From Oikopleura dioica (taxonomy: Eukaryota; Animalia; Chordata): a DNA stretch of 64,000 nt. Below are positions 1 to 12,763 of this stretch, in pieces (positions within the stretch are counted from its first letter, which is position 1; every line of letters begins with the position of its first letter). The stretch lies in NCBI GenBank assembly GCA_907165135.1, contig OU015569.1, positions 11,470,001 through 11,534,000 of the forward strand. The letters run 5' to 3'. Both the position numbers and the translations under genes were made by a program. The notes under the pieces were generated by a model. That model did not search any database, was not told where the DNA came from, and saw nothing but the letters and a program-made list of their open reading frames with translations.

Positions 1-225
1 TCTTATAGAAAATTTTGGCAGAAATTGACTTCAAAAATTGAAAATTAACATTTTACATTTCATAAAAATCTTTAGTTCGCTATTTTTTAATGGTAATTAA
101 GGGTATACCAACCATAAAAACTATTTTTATCATAAACTGGAGTATAAAAACGTAATTCATGGCAATTTACGCAATAATTACAGAAAATTTAAATCTGGAA
201 ATTCGACTTATAAAATTTTAAAGGG

Positions 226-880
226 GCTGTCCTCCTTAAGTTCGTAGACAAAAAACTCTCAAAAAGCAAACGGTCGTAGCTTAGGGCCTTAACTTTACCA
301 TGAAGAAAAATTAAGGGTATAACCCAACGAAAACCCCAAAAAAAACGTTCACTAAGCAACTTGACCTTTAACGGCCTGTATAACCTTAAATTTGGCATCG
401 AGAGATCATCTTAAAGGGAACGGTGGCAGTAGAGGGTTCGATCTAAAGGATGCAATGAAAATTAAGGGTCTAGCTAAGATAGTTTTGGAGAAAAACTTTC
501 ACTAAGATGCCCTATTTTCGCGATTCTTGATGGGGGGGTCCTTAAAGACCATTATTAATGGACCTGTCCTTAAATTTGTTGACCTAAAACTCTTAAAAGA
601 GGAACGGTTGTAGCTTAGGGCCTTACCTTGACCCTGTAAAAAATTAAGGGTATACCTACGACTAAAAAACGAAAAAATACTTTCTCTTAGCAGCCTTACC
701 TTTAATGGCCTGTATTTCCTTAAGTTTGTTATCAAGGGGTCATCATATGGAGAACGGTTGTAGCCGAGGGTTGGATCTAATTGTATCAAATAAAATTAAG
801 GGTCTTGCTGAGATAGTTTCTGAGGAAAACTTGCTCCTAATTTCGCTCATTTTCGCGATTCTTGATGGGGGGGGGGTTCC
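226..880. repeat. Degenerate tandem duplication, period ~337 bp, non-coding
   Basis: ctgtcc..aacggtcgtagcttagggcctta..ttaagggtata at ~226 recurs at ~563. ttcgcgattcttgatgggggg occurs at ~517 and ~854. The two short minus ORFs (189-398, 502-789) are similar only because of this repeat. Confidence 0.7.
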
Positions 881-916
881 TTAGGTAAAGGTTTCACTTT
901 ATTCATGTTGCCTATT

Positions 917-1721
917 TTTAGCGCTTATATGTTTCGGATTTCAAGCTGGAAAAAGTTGCGATATTTTTGACACTGAGAACGTCGTTTCAACTTTTTCAAC
1001 CGAGTTTGACCATTTATATGGGAAACTCGGTCACTACAATGGCAAACCAACTTCGGTTGGCCATCAAACTCCTACAAACAACGCTTGGGGAAAAGTTGAA
1101 GTTCTGAACGAAGACGGCTGGACACTTCTAAATGAGCATCCAAGGTAAATTAAATCTAAAAAATATTTGACCATAAAAAGACCAGATTAAAATTATGTAT
1201 TTCAGATTTATCTCTCAGCACACCCTTATCGGACTCGAAAGTGGTGGATTAATCCTCGCAGGAGGGGAATACTATGAAGATCTCATTAATTATAACATCG
1301 TTACTTCAAAAGAAGTCTGGCTGTTGAGTGAAGACGAATGGAGTTTAGTTGGAGAACTTCGTGAAGTAAGTATTTTATCAACCCAAAATTGGGGCAATCG
1401 GTGGGCAAATATTCAAACCCAAAATTTTCTTTATTGACGAGCCCCCACTTAACATTTTTTAAGCCAAATGTTGTTGGATCTGCAATCAAGGTTGGAAAGT
1501 TTATTTACCTTGCGCCCGGAGATGAGCCATGGAGAGACTACGAAGGCGACTATCAATTTCCGGTTGAGCGTTTAGAAATCGAAGACGACCTGGTACTTGA
1601 AACAGAAATAATGCTGGAATTCGGCAATTCTAGCTCTTTTTCTAACGTTATTCCTGTCATGTTTGCGACAACTCTTGACTTTTGTGATAATGTTTGCAGC
1701 AACAGGCTTTCTTATTTGTGA
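917..1721 (+). CDS. 3' exons of a Kelch-like beta-propeller family gene (partial, copy A)
   Basis: Spliced frame LICFGFQAGKSCDIFDTENVVSTFSTEFDHLYGKLGHYNGKPTSVG..GKVEVLNEDGW..ESGGLILAGG..EVWLLSEDEWSLVGEL..IPVMFATTLDFC. It aligns with copy D at 17.7-18.4 kb (LICFDDFRDKKCEIFNG..GRLGFYGGKPTTVG). Short GT-AG introns. Confidence 0.7.
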
Positions 1722-1781
1722 TTCACACATTTTGAAACCTTCTAGCGAAAAATAAAAAGTTTCAGTAACAACTAATCTCTC

Positions 1782-1962
1782 TGTTTGAATATCATTGTAC
1801 ATCTTTTTATTTACAAATTGAATATTTTAACAGTGAAAAGAACGAATTATTAAATAAGCTTATTCGCTTTGAATTTTCGTAAACTAAGGTCTTCAGGGTC
1901 TTCGAGGTCTCTTCGGTCGTTTGTAACGAATTATTGGTTAGCTGTTGAGCAGGATCTACAAT
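1782..1962. repeat. ~180-bp near-identical direct duplication of 3798-3977
   Basis: Read directly: tgtttgaatatcattgtac...gagcaggatctacaat at both sites, with only a few differences. Confidence 0.9.
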
Positions 1963-2179
1963 ATTTTCTATCAATCTTAAGTTCGGATGAGACGGGTTCG
2001 AATTAATGAAGCTCTAATAATTTTTTTCTTGCAAATTACGTTAATTATAGTATCGTCTTCCTTTCATCTGTCAAATATTCGCATTATCTTGAATGTGTCC
2101 TTCAAGACCATCAAGATGTCTTTCTATAAACTGATAAACCAGACCATTTTAATTTGTCGGCGGCCATATTATCCAGAAA

Positions 2180-3634
2180 ATGAAAGACAGGAAAGCAAAA
2201 TTATGGGCCGTTTTTTTGATTGTGGCAACTGGGCTATTGATCTCTATTCCGATTTTATATGGGAAAAAGACGAAAGGAGAGACTCAATTATGGACAGACG
2301 ATGAAGTCTCAACTAAAGAAACAGCTTTTCAAACAACGAGAAAGGAAGATTCGACTATTTTTTACACCAGAGGTGGTAGATAAGTGCCCTTAAAAATAGT
2401 GTTGTTAAAAGAGTTTCTTGTTCCTTTTGAGGTCTCGATCAGTGATCTGATATAAATTTAATTAGAAGTGCCCAAAACTATTAGGGATAGTTTAACCCAG
2501 GAATCTACCACCTCTGCGTTCGAGAACAACTATGAGAGCTCCATTCCCATCGCAATCGACAGAAGGAACAACACATTCAATCTCATCGTCCACGAATAAA
2601 GAATCCTCGACTTTTCCGACTTCAACTACAACATCGATTCTATCAACAATTTCCACAACAAGGACATCTTGCAATGGCTGTGACCCTTCGTGCTCAGCGA
2701 TTGATTGTCTTGAGCAGGATTATGGAGCAGAAAATGAACGCAAATGTCTTGAAAAAGGCTGTACTTTCTGCCAAATGCCTGATGGTAAACCATGGTGTTA
2801 TTATACAGAAGGAATGGATATTCCTGGACAAAATTGTCATGATTGCAATTGTCTCGAAAGAGTTAGCTGCAACAGATACGACGAGAATAGTTGCAAGTCA
2901 TCTGGATGTCACTGGTGTCCACGTGAGGGAGAGCACCCATGTATCTATGGAAACTTTCAAGGCACTACAACTACAACTACAACTACAACAATAGACCCTA
3001 CATTCAACCAATGCTTCGGTTACGATTGCGGTGGAGGCGTCTGTTTCGAAATCGATGATATTCCCACGTGCATCGACGCTACAATTGGGTTTCTAAGTCA
3101 CGATAAGAAAGTAAGCTTCTACTAATACCTCAGCTTCAAGCATTATTTTTAGATGACAGTGAAGTGTGGTGACGGAACAAAAAACCAAAAATGGATGAAA
3201 ACGAAGATGTTGAATGATAATGGTATTCATCATGTCGATTTTGAAGCAACGCCAAGAAAACACGAATATATTATCCATACTCACTTATTATACGCTGATA
3301 AGAAGCCAACACAAGCAATGTACTGCAGAAATAACACTGATGACAATTATACTTATGTCAATCATATACGAACGGACGGCGCCGATTTGTCAAAGTATGG
3401 AAACACATGGTTGATAGAACGAATCACCTGTGATGATGCAGAGTGTCCTTACACAGTCAGAGCAGCAGAGGATCAAACGAGAGGTACCCAGAGAATATTT
3501 CTTTTAGGTAGATTGCAAATATTTTTGAAGGTTGGAAAAATAATATTGATGGTGGATACAATTGGCTTCGAGTAATGGAAATCGACCTGAATAATGAAGA
3601 CTTTCTTTGGTGGATAGAAATTCAAGAGTTTTAA
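2180..3634 (+). CDS. Secreted or type II membrane mosaic protein: N-terminal hydrophobic anchor, Thr/Ser-rich stalks, two trefoil(P-type)-like Cys modules, EGF-like module, C-terminal domain with a CxxxxxNQKW motif
   Basis: MKDRKAKLWAVFLIVATGLLISIPILY; CLEKGCTFCQMPDGKPWCYY and CKSSGCHWCPREGEHPCIYG; TTTTTTTTT; CFGYDCGGGVCF; CGDGTKNQKW. Exons 2180-, 2500s-3110, 3153-3483 and ~3553-3634. Confidence 0.7.
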
Positions 3635-3821
3635 GAATCGGGATCCCAGAAAATCTTTCTGGGACGTTTTCGACCTCTCTACTTTAAAATATACTGTTAT
3701 TCATCAATAAAATATATAGATTCATTGGTTTCTCCAAAATTTTTCTTTTAAGTAAAAAACTCATTAATTGCAGGCCTGTTTTTGAAAGCTGCCTGTTTGT
3801 TTGAATATCATTGTACATTTT

Positions 3822-5066
3822 TTATTTACAAATAGAATATTTTAACAGTGAAAAGAACGAATTATTAAATAGGCTTATTCGCTTTGAATTTTCGTAAACT
3901 AAGGTCTTCAGGGTCTTCGAGGTCTCTTCGGTCGTTTGTAACGAATTATTGGTTAGCTGTTGAGCAGGATCTACAATTTTTAATCAGTCCTTAGTTCGGG
4001 AAGAATGAGCTTACCTCTTCGGAATGGGAGCTGAGTGCATGGCGCGAGTGATAAACGCTGGAACGGTATTCTACTTTCGGCTGAAAATAGCAATTAGAAT
4101 CGCGTTTCAATTGAAAAAAGGAACTTACGTTTTGCTGGGAGTGGTTTCTGCTGCGGACGCTGACAGTGTTGTTGTGTTGGAGGATGTAGCCATCGGGAGA
4201 CACCAGATTACGCTTTTTTGCTTCTGCTTTCTATGATCAAGAAAGTTATCTTACTGTAAAAGCTAGATTCGTTACCTGATATTCTGCCATCTTCTGTACC
4301 AGTTTCCAAAGACAGACAATAGTTCCAATGAGCATAACCAACACTCCAACGACAGAAATAATCGCCGCAACCATCAGAGTCTTTTCGCCAGCTTCGACGA
4401 ATTCTAGAGCGGAGGGTTTCAGAAACTTCTCCATCATTTTCTGCACATCCATCGAGACGAATTGAGGGTCAGTCAGAACCAGCAGTGAATTTACGAGCTC
4501 AAGTCCTTCTTCTGTCAGAATTATGCTGAATTTAATTTTAAATTAATCAAATAAAATAATTGTTTGTTTACCTGAGCATTGAGAGAATCTCCTCTTTTTG
4601 TTGCGAAAAAGAAGTTTCAGTATCTTCAATCGGGTTGGCTTCTGGAGCTGAAATGGACTTGACCCCGCCGATGATGCCTCCGATCAGCATGGAAACAAGG
4701 ACGACAACGAGGAGGAAAAGGAAAGGATAGATCTTGGCGATCTTTTCTTTGTAGACTCCGTAGAGCGCCAACATGCCGAAAATAGACAAAGTGGCGAAGA
4801 AGAGGAAAAGCACGAACATGAGCATCGCCGCGTTGGCTGGAAGAATTGTGATGTGATGGAACATGTCGGAGCAAAAACATGATGGGAAGAGATAAGCCAA
4901 AACGAGCGTGAACACTTAAAACGCTATTCAGAAGAAAAAATATAATCAGAAACATACCTATTTGGAATAAAAAGAGGCAGAGGGCAGTGCCAGCAAAGCT
5001 GAAGTACAAATAGAACTGATTTGAAAAGGTGATACATCCTTTCTTCGCCGGCTGCGGAGATGTCAT
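3822..5066 (-). CDS. Four-transmembrane, tetraspanin-like protein (divergent)
   Basis: Spliced minus ORFs 4626-5066, 4568-4915 and 4246-4452 give about four hydrophobic helices (YLYFSFAGTALCLFLF..; LFLFFATLSIFGMLALYGVYKEK; IYPFLFLLVVVLVSMLIGG; AAIISVVGVLVMLIGTIVCLW). The 3' exon boundaries are approximate. Confidence 0.55.
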
Positions 5067-6945
5067 CGTATAATATTCTACAAAAATTGATTGATTGGTG
5101 GACCACCAGGGTTTAAAAAATTATTTTCGCTTTCAGAAGTGCTCGGTTTTTATGCTTTATAATGATTTTATTCCTGATAAAATTTGATCAAGATGCTTCT
5201 TTATTGAAAAAGCTGCGATTTTATAGCGACTTTTTAGTGCGAAAATTGACACTTTTCGACTAGTAAAGACGCTGCTGATCATCTGCTTTCCTCGAATTTC
5301 GTGTAAAATTAGCGTGTTACTTGCCTTTCTCTTTTTGATCATTGTAGTAGTCCATGTTGAGCGTGTTAACTTCACTTTTGTTCTTTGGAACGTTCTCTGA
5401 AAAGAATTTTTAATTTTCGCGTCTCAAATTTGAGAAACTTAAAAAAATTTAAACGCGAAATTTTCGAAATCGAGAGAGAAAACTTGTTGAGTATGTGTGA
5501 TAAGGGCCAATATTTTTTGTTTTGCCATTTCGGTGCGAAAAAATGGCGAAAATGGCGTTTATTACTGATTGCTACTGTAGCTACAGTAATTTACAGCAGA
5601 GCTCGGCAACCTGTTTAAAAAACCTGAGTTCAGGGTTCTGAAAAAGCTTTAATCAAAAGCCGCTACGCTATTCAGAACCCTGACTCAGGATTTGAACAGG
5701 TCGCCAAACCAAGACTGTAGCTACAGTAATCAACAGACACTTGATTTTGAAAATCATGGTTTTTGAATAGACACATACCTACGAGTTACTGTATGTCTCT
5801 AACTGTATTGGCGAACTTGTATAGTTTCAAAAAAGTGGTTAATTTTACGTGAGAAACGAACACTCCTCCGTGTGTGGTATAAGTTCTATTTGATCACCGA
5901 AATCGATCTCAGCCAAACACTTGAATTTGGAAATACGATTTTTACAATACGGCTTTGTATGCTTAGCGCGTAATTTTGGCGGACCACACTCCCAAATCTT
6001 CAAATCTCCCTCACTTCTATTTACTATCGCTAAATACAAAAAACGAGTTTTGAATCACGCACCTTCCAATGTTCCATTTTCTAGCGCTAGTCATTTTTTG
6101 CGCTATAATTTTTGGTGAATCACCCCTAAAATGAGCGAGACCTAATAATGCTCAAAAAAAGCAATAAAAATATAAAAAATTAGTGTTCAACAAATTCGTG
6201 GTTAAAATTAATCAAGCTCAAGAATTTCCAAAAAACCGGAATCAAGGAAGCAAATAAAATTTCCACCGGGAATAATTTCATGAAAAAAAAAAGGCTGAGC
6301 GGCGCGATCAAAGCATGACTCTTGTTGCTAGAAAATCGCTGAGCCACTCTTTCCGGGCCCTCTTTTTTTGAATGGAGCTAATCCCGGACATAAACTTTTT
6401 TGGAATGCCAAATGAGCCACTTAACACGCGCTTTGAAGCTTTTTTTTTTTCGACAAACACTTTTGTTGACTTTTTTCATTCCCTGAGAGCTCTCTTTCTC
6501 TTAAAATCTTCGCCACACATACAAACAAAATTAAACAAACGAAACTAGTAAAAATAAAAACTTACAAACTTGTCTTCTTTTTTTCAAAAAATTTTTTTCG
6601 TAAAATTTCTTTTTTGAATTTTCTGTTTCCGGTTTTTTTTTTCTCTTTTGAAAAAGTCTGGAAATTCAATTTGTGGTGCTCTTTGTTGTACCTAATCATA
6701 AAAAAACTGTGATAGAGATTTTATGATCTGAATGGGTTTATTGCTCGCTTCTTAGATTGTATCTGATTTCATCTCAGAATATAAATCCGTCCTTGGAAAT
6801 CATCAAAAGCGTCTTTTTTGATTTGTGGCTACGAGACCGGTCAATCTCCGTCCCAGACTTCCCACGAGCACACTAATCAACAAATCTGCATTTTAAACAA
6901 GGCCACTTCATTTGCTTATCTTCATCATTGATCATCAATTTACAA

Positions 6946-7142
6946 GCCTCAGCAACCTGAGTAGAAACCCTGAGTTAGTTTCTGGAAAGGCTAAAATTAA
7001 AAACCGCGTAGCGGCTTTTTAAAAAACAAAGCCGCGAAGCGGCTTCGAAAATACATTTATCTCAATCTTGTTGAAATTTTTGCGAAGCCGCTTTGAGCCT
7101 TTCCAGAGCCTTACTCAGGCTTTCTACTCAGGTTGCCGAGGC
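6946..7142. mobile_element. Abundant MITE family (TIR ~ (ct)gggctcggcaacctg..aaacctgagtcagggt; internal aagccgcNNNgcggctt palindromes)
   Basis: Inverted ends gcctcagcaacctgagtagaaaccctgag / ctcaggctttctactcaggttgccgaggc. Further copies lie at about 5601, 12060, 19493, 24330, 27170, 27905, 28360, 35337, 38250, 39040, 52440, 52970, 55603, 56426, 59775 and 60719. Confidence 0.85.
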
Positions 7143-9580
7143 TAGTCAATTTATGAACTTGTTTATTGATAACTGGAAATGTTAACCTGTCTATCAGACA
7201 AAAACAGACCAAAATATTGATCAAATTCGAGTCTGCGCCAGGTTTTCTCATGATGAGAATTTTCCGCTTGAGGAGAATCTTTGCAAATAGCAAAACATGA
7301 AAATCACATCTTGCAGGTGATCTTCTAAAGTCAGCTGTTTTCGTGGAAGCATTATCAATCAACAAACAAAATTTTCTTGGTTTGAGTTTCAAAAGCTAGT
7401 CTCAATTTTTCTTTGAATTCAAAACTAACCCTAACCTCAATCATTGCGTTAACCCTAACCCTTACCCTAACCCAAGCCTACTTCTTACGATTGATAGATA
7501 TTTTAGGGACAACTAGGTACAATTTTTTTGACATTTTAGGGAATCAAAAATGAAAAATTTTGCGATGAAAAATTTATACATTCACTTGGAAATCGATCGG
7601 TTAGTTCTTTTAATGATAAAATAATAAAATTGGCCATAAAAATATTTTTTGAGAAAAAGTATTAATTTCGAATTTCAAAGCTTCTTTATTTTTTAGCTTA
7701 CCGGGTCAGTACATTCTGGAAGTCGCTCTCTCTCTGTCTTTTTTCTTGTTTCTGTTCAGATTTGGCGCGTGTCCGATTGTTTTCCGCTTGTCGCTTTGGT
7801 TAATCAATTTCTCTCTTGAAAGTTGGAAGTTGCGAATTTTCGAAAAATTGTAAAATTGAACAAACCGCAGCGTAGTGCAGTCACCGCGGCCGCGCCCCGG
7901 GCACCTCCGCCAACAAATACACCAAGTGCATTCAGCTACTCCTTGAGCACCTACTAACCTATGCCCTTTTGGTGCCTTTTTTGAAATTTCTCGGAGGCAC
8001 GAAATTTAAATTTGAAATTTCTTGCGGGCGTTCTCTTCCTTGATTTCTTTCTTTTCAAACAAAGAAAAAAGAATAAATGCACTTTCTTAGAAAAGCAATC
8101 AAAATAGTAAGGGCTTAAAAGAACCCTTTAGTGACCCTTTGATTGATGACTTGAGCATAAAGCAGCAACTGATACTAGTTACTGCTTCTAATTACAGTGC
8201 CCTTGAATCGATTCAACAAGAAGCTGGCTTGTTCGACCTTCAGCAATGTATCCGTCTCGGATCGCCGAAGAAAAGATAAAAAAAAAAGTGCAAGGGCTTA
8301 AGTTTACTCAACCGAAACTGATTCCAAGAGGCAAGCTTCGATAAGGTCAACTCAACATGCAAAACCTGTTATCTTTGATCTTCTTCTGGAAGTGGCACTA
8401 AAAGAAAGTTTATTCATAGGAACCACGTTGAATCGAAATTGAGAACATTAAATTTGGATGATCAAATATTATTTTGAAGGAGTTCGCCTTCTCATTAATT
8501 CTGGCAGCAGTCAAAAGCAAGTGCATGATGGCATATTATGCATAAGTCTCAGGCGAGCCAATTTCGCTATATTTTGTATAACTACGCTTTGTATAAATAT
8601 CAAATTCGTCGAAAAAAATAATATTTAAGCAAATGTAAATATCCTTGATTGGGGTCGTCCCGGGCCGCAGCATCATTGATAGGTTCTTATGATTTATGCA
8701 AAAAAAATTACTTATAAGAGTCAGAAGTTCGAGAAGAACCTTAGTTCATCGGTAGACATTCAAAGGCAATGAATTTTTTCTTATTTCTTTTTGCTTCAAG
8801 CGAGGCTCTGTCTATGTTTGATTTGAACTCAATCTATGTAGAATGCGCTGATTGTAAGTTACTTATGTAAATGTTCCTATATAAAGATTTCTATCTAATT
8901 ATATCTAGATATCTACTCAAAAAGTACTGACTTTACTCCTTGGAATGGGTATAACATGGCTGAACGAAAATGTGATGCACTTATTCACTTGCTTATCAAA
9001 TTCAAACCAGTAAGAGTATAACTTATTCTGTATAAGATCAACAACGTATTAAAATGACTGTAAACCTGAATCTTTGTCAAAATAAAATGAAAAGGTACGA
9101 TTATGCTTGAGTTGGTTTGTGCTGCCTAGGATCCTGTAACATATGATGGTCCATAAAATATGGTGCGCAGGCTCGGTGGGGAAGGCGCCAAGCCGAGGCA
9201 GAGTGATACAGCCTAGATTTGAAGTACTGTTGAGGATTTCTGTAAATAAGACAGCAAACATTAATCGAACCAGGTTGTTTCTTAGCAAACATTCGCGCCC
9301 TCTTTTAGTATAATTTTTCGTATAAAAGCTGGTCAAAATATCGGCAGGCCATTTTCGAAATCAGAAGATAAAATGATCTGACAGAAAACCACTGAAGTTG
9401 TTCATAGGGTATCCGTCGAAATAAATTATGAAAACGAATACAAAAACCTCATATCTACTTTGTTAGAGAAAAACTTGCATTCCATTGAGTAAAACAAGGC
9501 CTGTCAAATCTTTCCGATTGCATGTCTGCATCTTATTAGCTTTGTTGGCCACTCTAGCTATCAAACTCATCTGTCAGTCG

Positions 9581-10488
9581 CAGGGCTGGCAAATTAGGGT
9601 CCCGCCAGCCGCACTAATTTGAGTTAGAACCAGGGCTGGCAAATTAGGGTCCTAACAGCCGCACTACCGAAAAATTGTTAGGGTTCTAACTCAAAATTAG
9701 TGCAAATTAGTGCGGCATCCCCGTCCTACCCGTCCTATTTTTTCCTTGATATTTTTCGTCCATTAGGACCGAATCGCCGCCCTAACCGCACTAATTTGGA
9801 GGCTCTTTTTCATCATCCAATCGGCGCGCGCTTCCCACCAGGCGCGGAGGACAAATTGGTGGAAGATTGAAAAAGAATGCAGCTGAATGGATGAGAAAAC
9901 GAATGACCCGCCATGATTGGCGGACCAATAAGCGCGCCTATTTTAGGACGATTTTAGTGCGGCTTTTCCAACTCTCGTACTACTCGCACTAAAAAGTTAT
10001 AAAATGAGAGTTAGGGCCCTAACAATAGGGTTCTAACCAGGGCTGGCAAATTAGGGTCCCGCCAGCCGCACTAATTTGAGTTAGAACCCTATTGTTAGGG
10101 CCCTAACTCTCATTTTATAACTTTTAGTGCGAGTAGTACGAGAGTTGGAAAAGCCGCACTAAAATCGTCCTAAAATAGGCGCGCGCTTATTGGTCCGCCA
10201 ATCATGGCGGGTCATTCGTTTTTCTCATCCATTCAGCTGCATTCTTTTTCAATCTTCCACCAATTTGTCCTCCGCGCCTGGTGGGAAGCGCGCGCCGATT
10301 GGATGATGAAAAAGAGCCTCCAAATTAGTGCGGTTAGGGCGGCGATTCGGTCCTAATGGACGAAAAATATCAAGGAAAAAATAGGACGGGTAGGACGGGG
10401 ATGCCGCACTAATTTGCACTAATTTTGAGTTAGAACCCTAACAATTTTTCGGTAGTGCGGCTGTTAGGACCCTAATTTGCCAGCCCTG
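9581..10488. mobile_element. Non-autonomous hAT-type element with fold-back (palindromic) structure
   Basis: 8-bp TSD gtcagtcg (9573-9580, 10489-10496); termini CAGGGCTGGC..GCCAGCCCTG; arms 9631-10037 and 10080-10488 are near-perfect inverted repeats; the 50-bp terminal unit 9581-9630 is repeated at 10038-10087. Confidence 0.92.
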
Positions 10489-11502
10489 GTCAGTCGCCAA
10501 TTACAGGAATCGCCGCATGTTGAGCATCTCCAAAAGGTGTTTATTCTTTGAGTGTATAAAGAACGCACTCGACAGCGCATGTTCCCCCCAGTGATAAATT
10601 TTCTTCTGACGGGCAAATTGAAAAATTCTACCGCAGAGTCAATTTTTCTAAAGTAAGACGGCAGCTGCTCTTGTCAATTTTCGTCATAAGTTATTACTCG
10701 ACAAACAAACTTTCAAGTACCAATTTAATAAAAAAAGAAACAATTTCGCAAAGCGTTGTAGGAAAAATTCTACAGTAAAAAAAAAAAGAGAAATAAGAAA
10801 TTGCAAAAGAAAGAAAAAATGTCTTCGCAGCATCGCCGATCACTTCCATTTATAAGGTAAGGGTCAGAAAGAAGGCTATTTGCATTGTTTTCGAGATAGG
10901 ACTGAGGAATATCGAGATTCCTTCGAAATCTGCATTTGCTCTCGGAAGCTCTTCTTGACAATCAGCTTTACTTTCTTCCCCCTAGTTCGCGAAAAATTAG
11001 CTTCAGAATTTTAACGTTACCATCGATCTTTTTTTTTTGTAAGAGAAAGCCTTAATTTTTGGAGTAACCCTCAACCAATTTATCAGCGATTTTTCCAGCG
11101 AATTAGTGTTCTGATACCCTTAATCAATTACCAAACGAATTTCCGATCCATATTTTAAAGCCACTTTATCACTCATTTAACTGATAAAAATCGAAAAGCC
11201 ACTTTCGGCTTCGAGAATAAATATAGCCGCTGTCAGAGCGGCTTTTTATGCTTCATGCCTCGCACGCGGCTTTTCAAGTTTTATCAGCAAAATAAGTAAT
11301 AAACCGGTTTCAAAATACGGATAAGAAATTATTTTGCTAAAGAATTAAGGGTATCAGAACATTAATTCGCTAGCCGCGGCGATATTTGTTTCTCAAAGCC
11401 GCAAGCGGCTTCTCGACTTTTATCAGTAAAATTTTTAAGAAAATGGCTTAGAAATATAATTTTGCTGATAACTCAGACTTCACTAATTCTAGCGCTTATC
11501 CC

Positions 11503-12701
11503 ATGTTCAAAAACAACACTGAGTTTTCCTCGAAAGAACTACAGAACAAACTTTCTTCTGTTGATCGATCGAGACAAAAGATCTTCCCAAGTGAATTTCT
11601 GAAGGCCTTATAAAAATATATTCCCCACTGTGAATGCACTTGAGCAAATTTACACAAGGAACTTTTTTGATTTAGGACAGAAGCGCGATCGCGGCGATCT
11701 TCAAGCAACAAATCTGGAAATCCGGGAATGGGAATTAATAGGCAACACGAGTTTCAATACTAGAATCGACTCTCTTCAAGTTTCCTTTGTTTTTGTAAAA
11801 AGAGATAAACTTATTCAAACTTGGACAGAGCGAAAATTGCGTTGAAGGAACATGTTCGCCGGAGAAGGTTTGATCATAAATCGGCAACCTGTGTATAAAA
11901 TCTGAGTTCTGAAGAGCGTGAATGAAAAGCCGCGGAGCGGTTTTTTTTAAAAATGACTTGCGGCTTCGCAATATAACCATCTTGATCTTTTTTGATTATT
12001 AGCGAAGCCGCAAAGCCAACAAAAAAGCCGCTACGCGGCTTTAATTGAAGCTCTTGAGAACCTGACTCAGGTTTTCTACACTGGTCGCCGAGCCAAGTTG
12101 TGAGCACTATCATTGATAGTCTATCAAATATCTGGTAGCCATATTATTACTGATAAGGGTTTTCAACATCAATTTTTCATCCTCATTTTCAGGTCCTTTT
12201 TCCGCTCCCGAACAGGCGCCACAGTCTACGAGCCAACGTACAAACTGCTTCCAGATGAAAAACCCAATCTCGAAGTAATCCGCTTCGTCCTGACAAGCGT
12301 CTTGAAGAAGTAAGCCCTTCTCAAATAGAATCGCAAATTTCAATTTTTGATCTAAGCGTGCCTACTGTGATCGACACGAGCTTTGTTACCAAGATAACGT
12401 CAGAAATACACGATAGAGTAAAGCTCATGATGCCCAAACGATACAGATTCATTATTCAGGACCTTAGATTCAAAAAACCATCCATCATCAATACAGCCAT
12501 CTCGATCTAAGAGCAGACTTTTCACATCGGAAATCCGTCAGATTCAAAACTCGCATCAAGCTCTCTCTGGGACAAGGAGACAGACATGAGCGTTTCTGGT
12601 ACTCTATTTATTACTGTATCCCCTTATTGTTATTTCTAGTGACTCAGAAAGCGAATGGTGGAAATTTTATCGCCGTTGTTCATTTTATTTACCTCGACTA
12701 A
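11503..12701 (+). CDS. Tctex-1 family dynein light chain (TCTEX1D-like); 5' exons uncertain, possibly from ATG 10818
   Basis: YEPTYKLLPDEKP..VIRFVLTSVL..EIHDRVKLMMPKRYRFIIQTFHIG..SSLWDKETDMSVSVTQKANGGNFIAVVHFIYLD* matches the Tctex-1 pattern (YENTY.., RYK, LWD..D, V..IY). Confidence 0.75.
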
Positions 12702-12763
12702 GATTAATTCAAATAAATCCTTCATTTCATAATTTTTCTATGATAACTTTAATGATTTTATTA

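Noticed and set aside
8300-9560. Possible decayed non-LTR reverse transcriptase (GVVPGRSIIDRF resembles GF.PGRS..D)
   Set aside because: No QG..LSP or YADD motif could be recovered and the frames are full of stops; one motif is insufficient.
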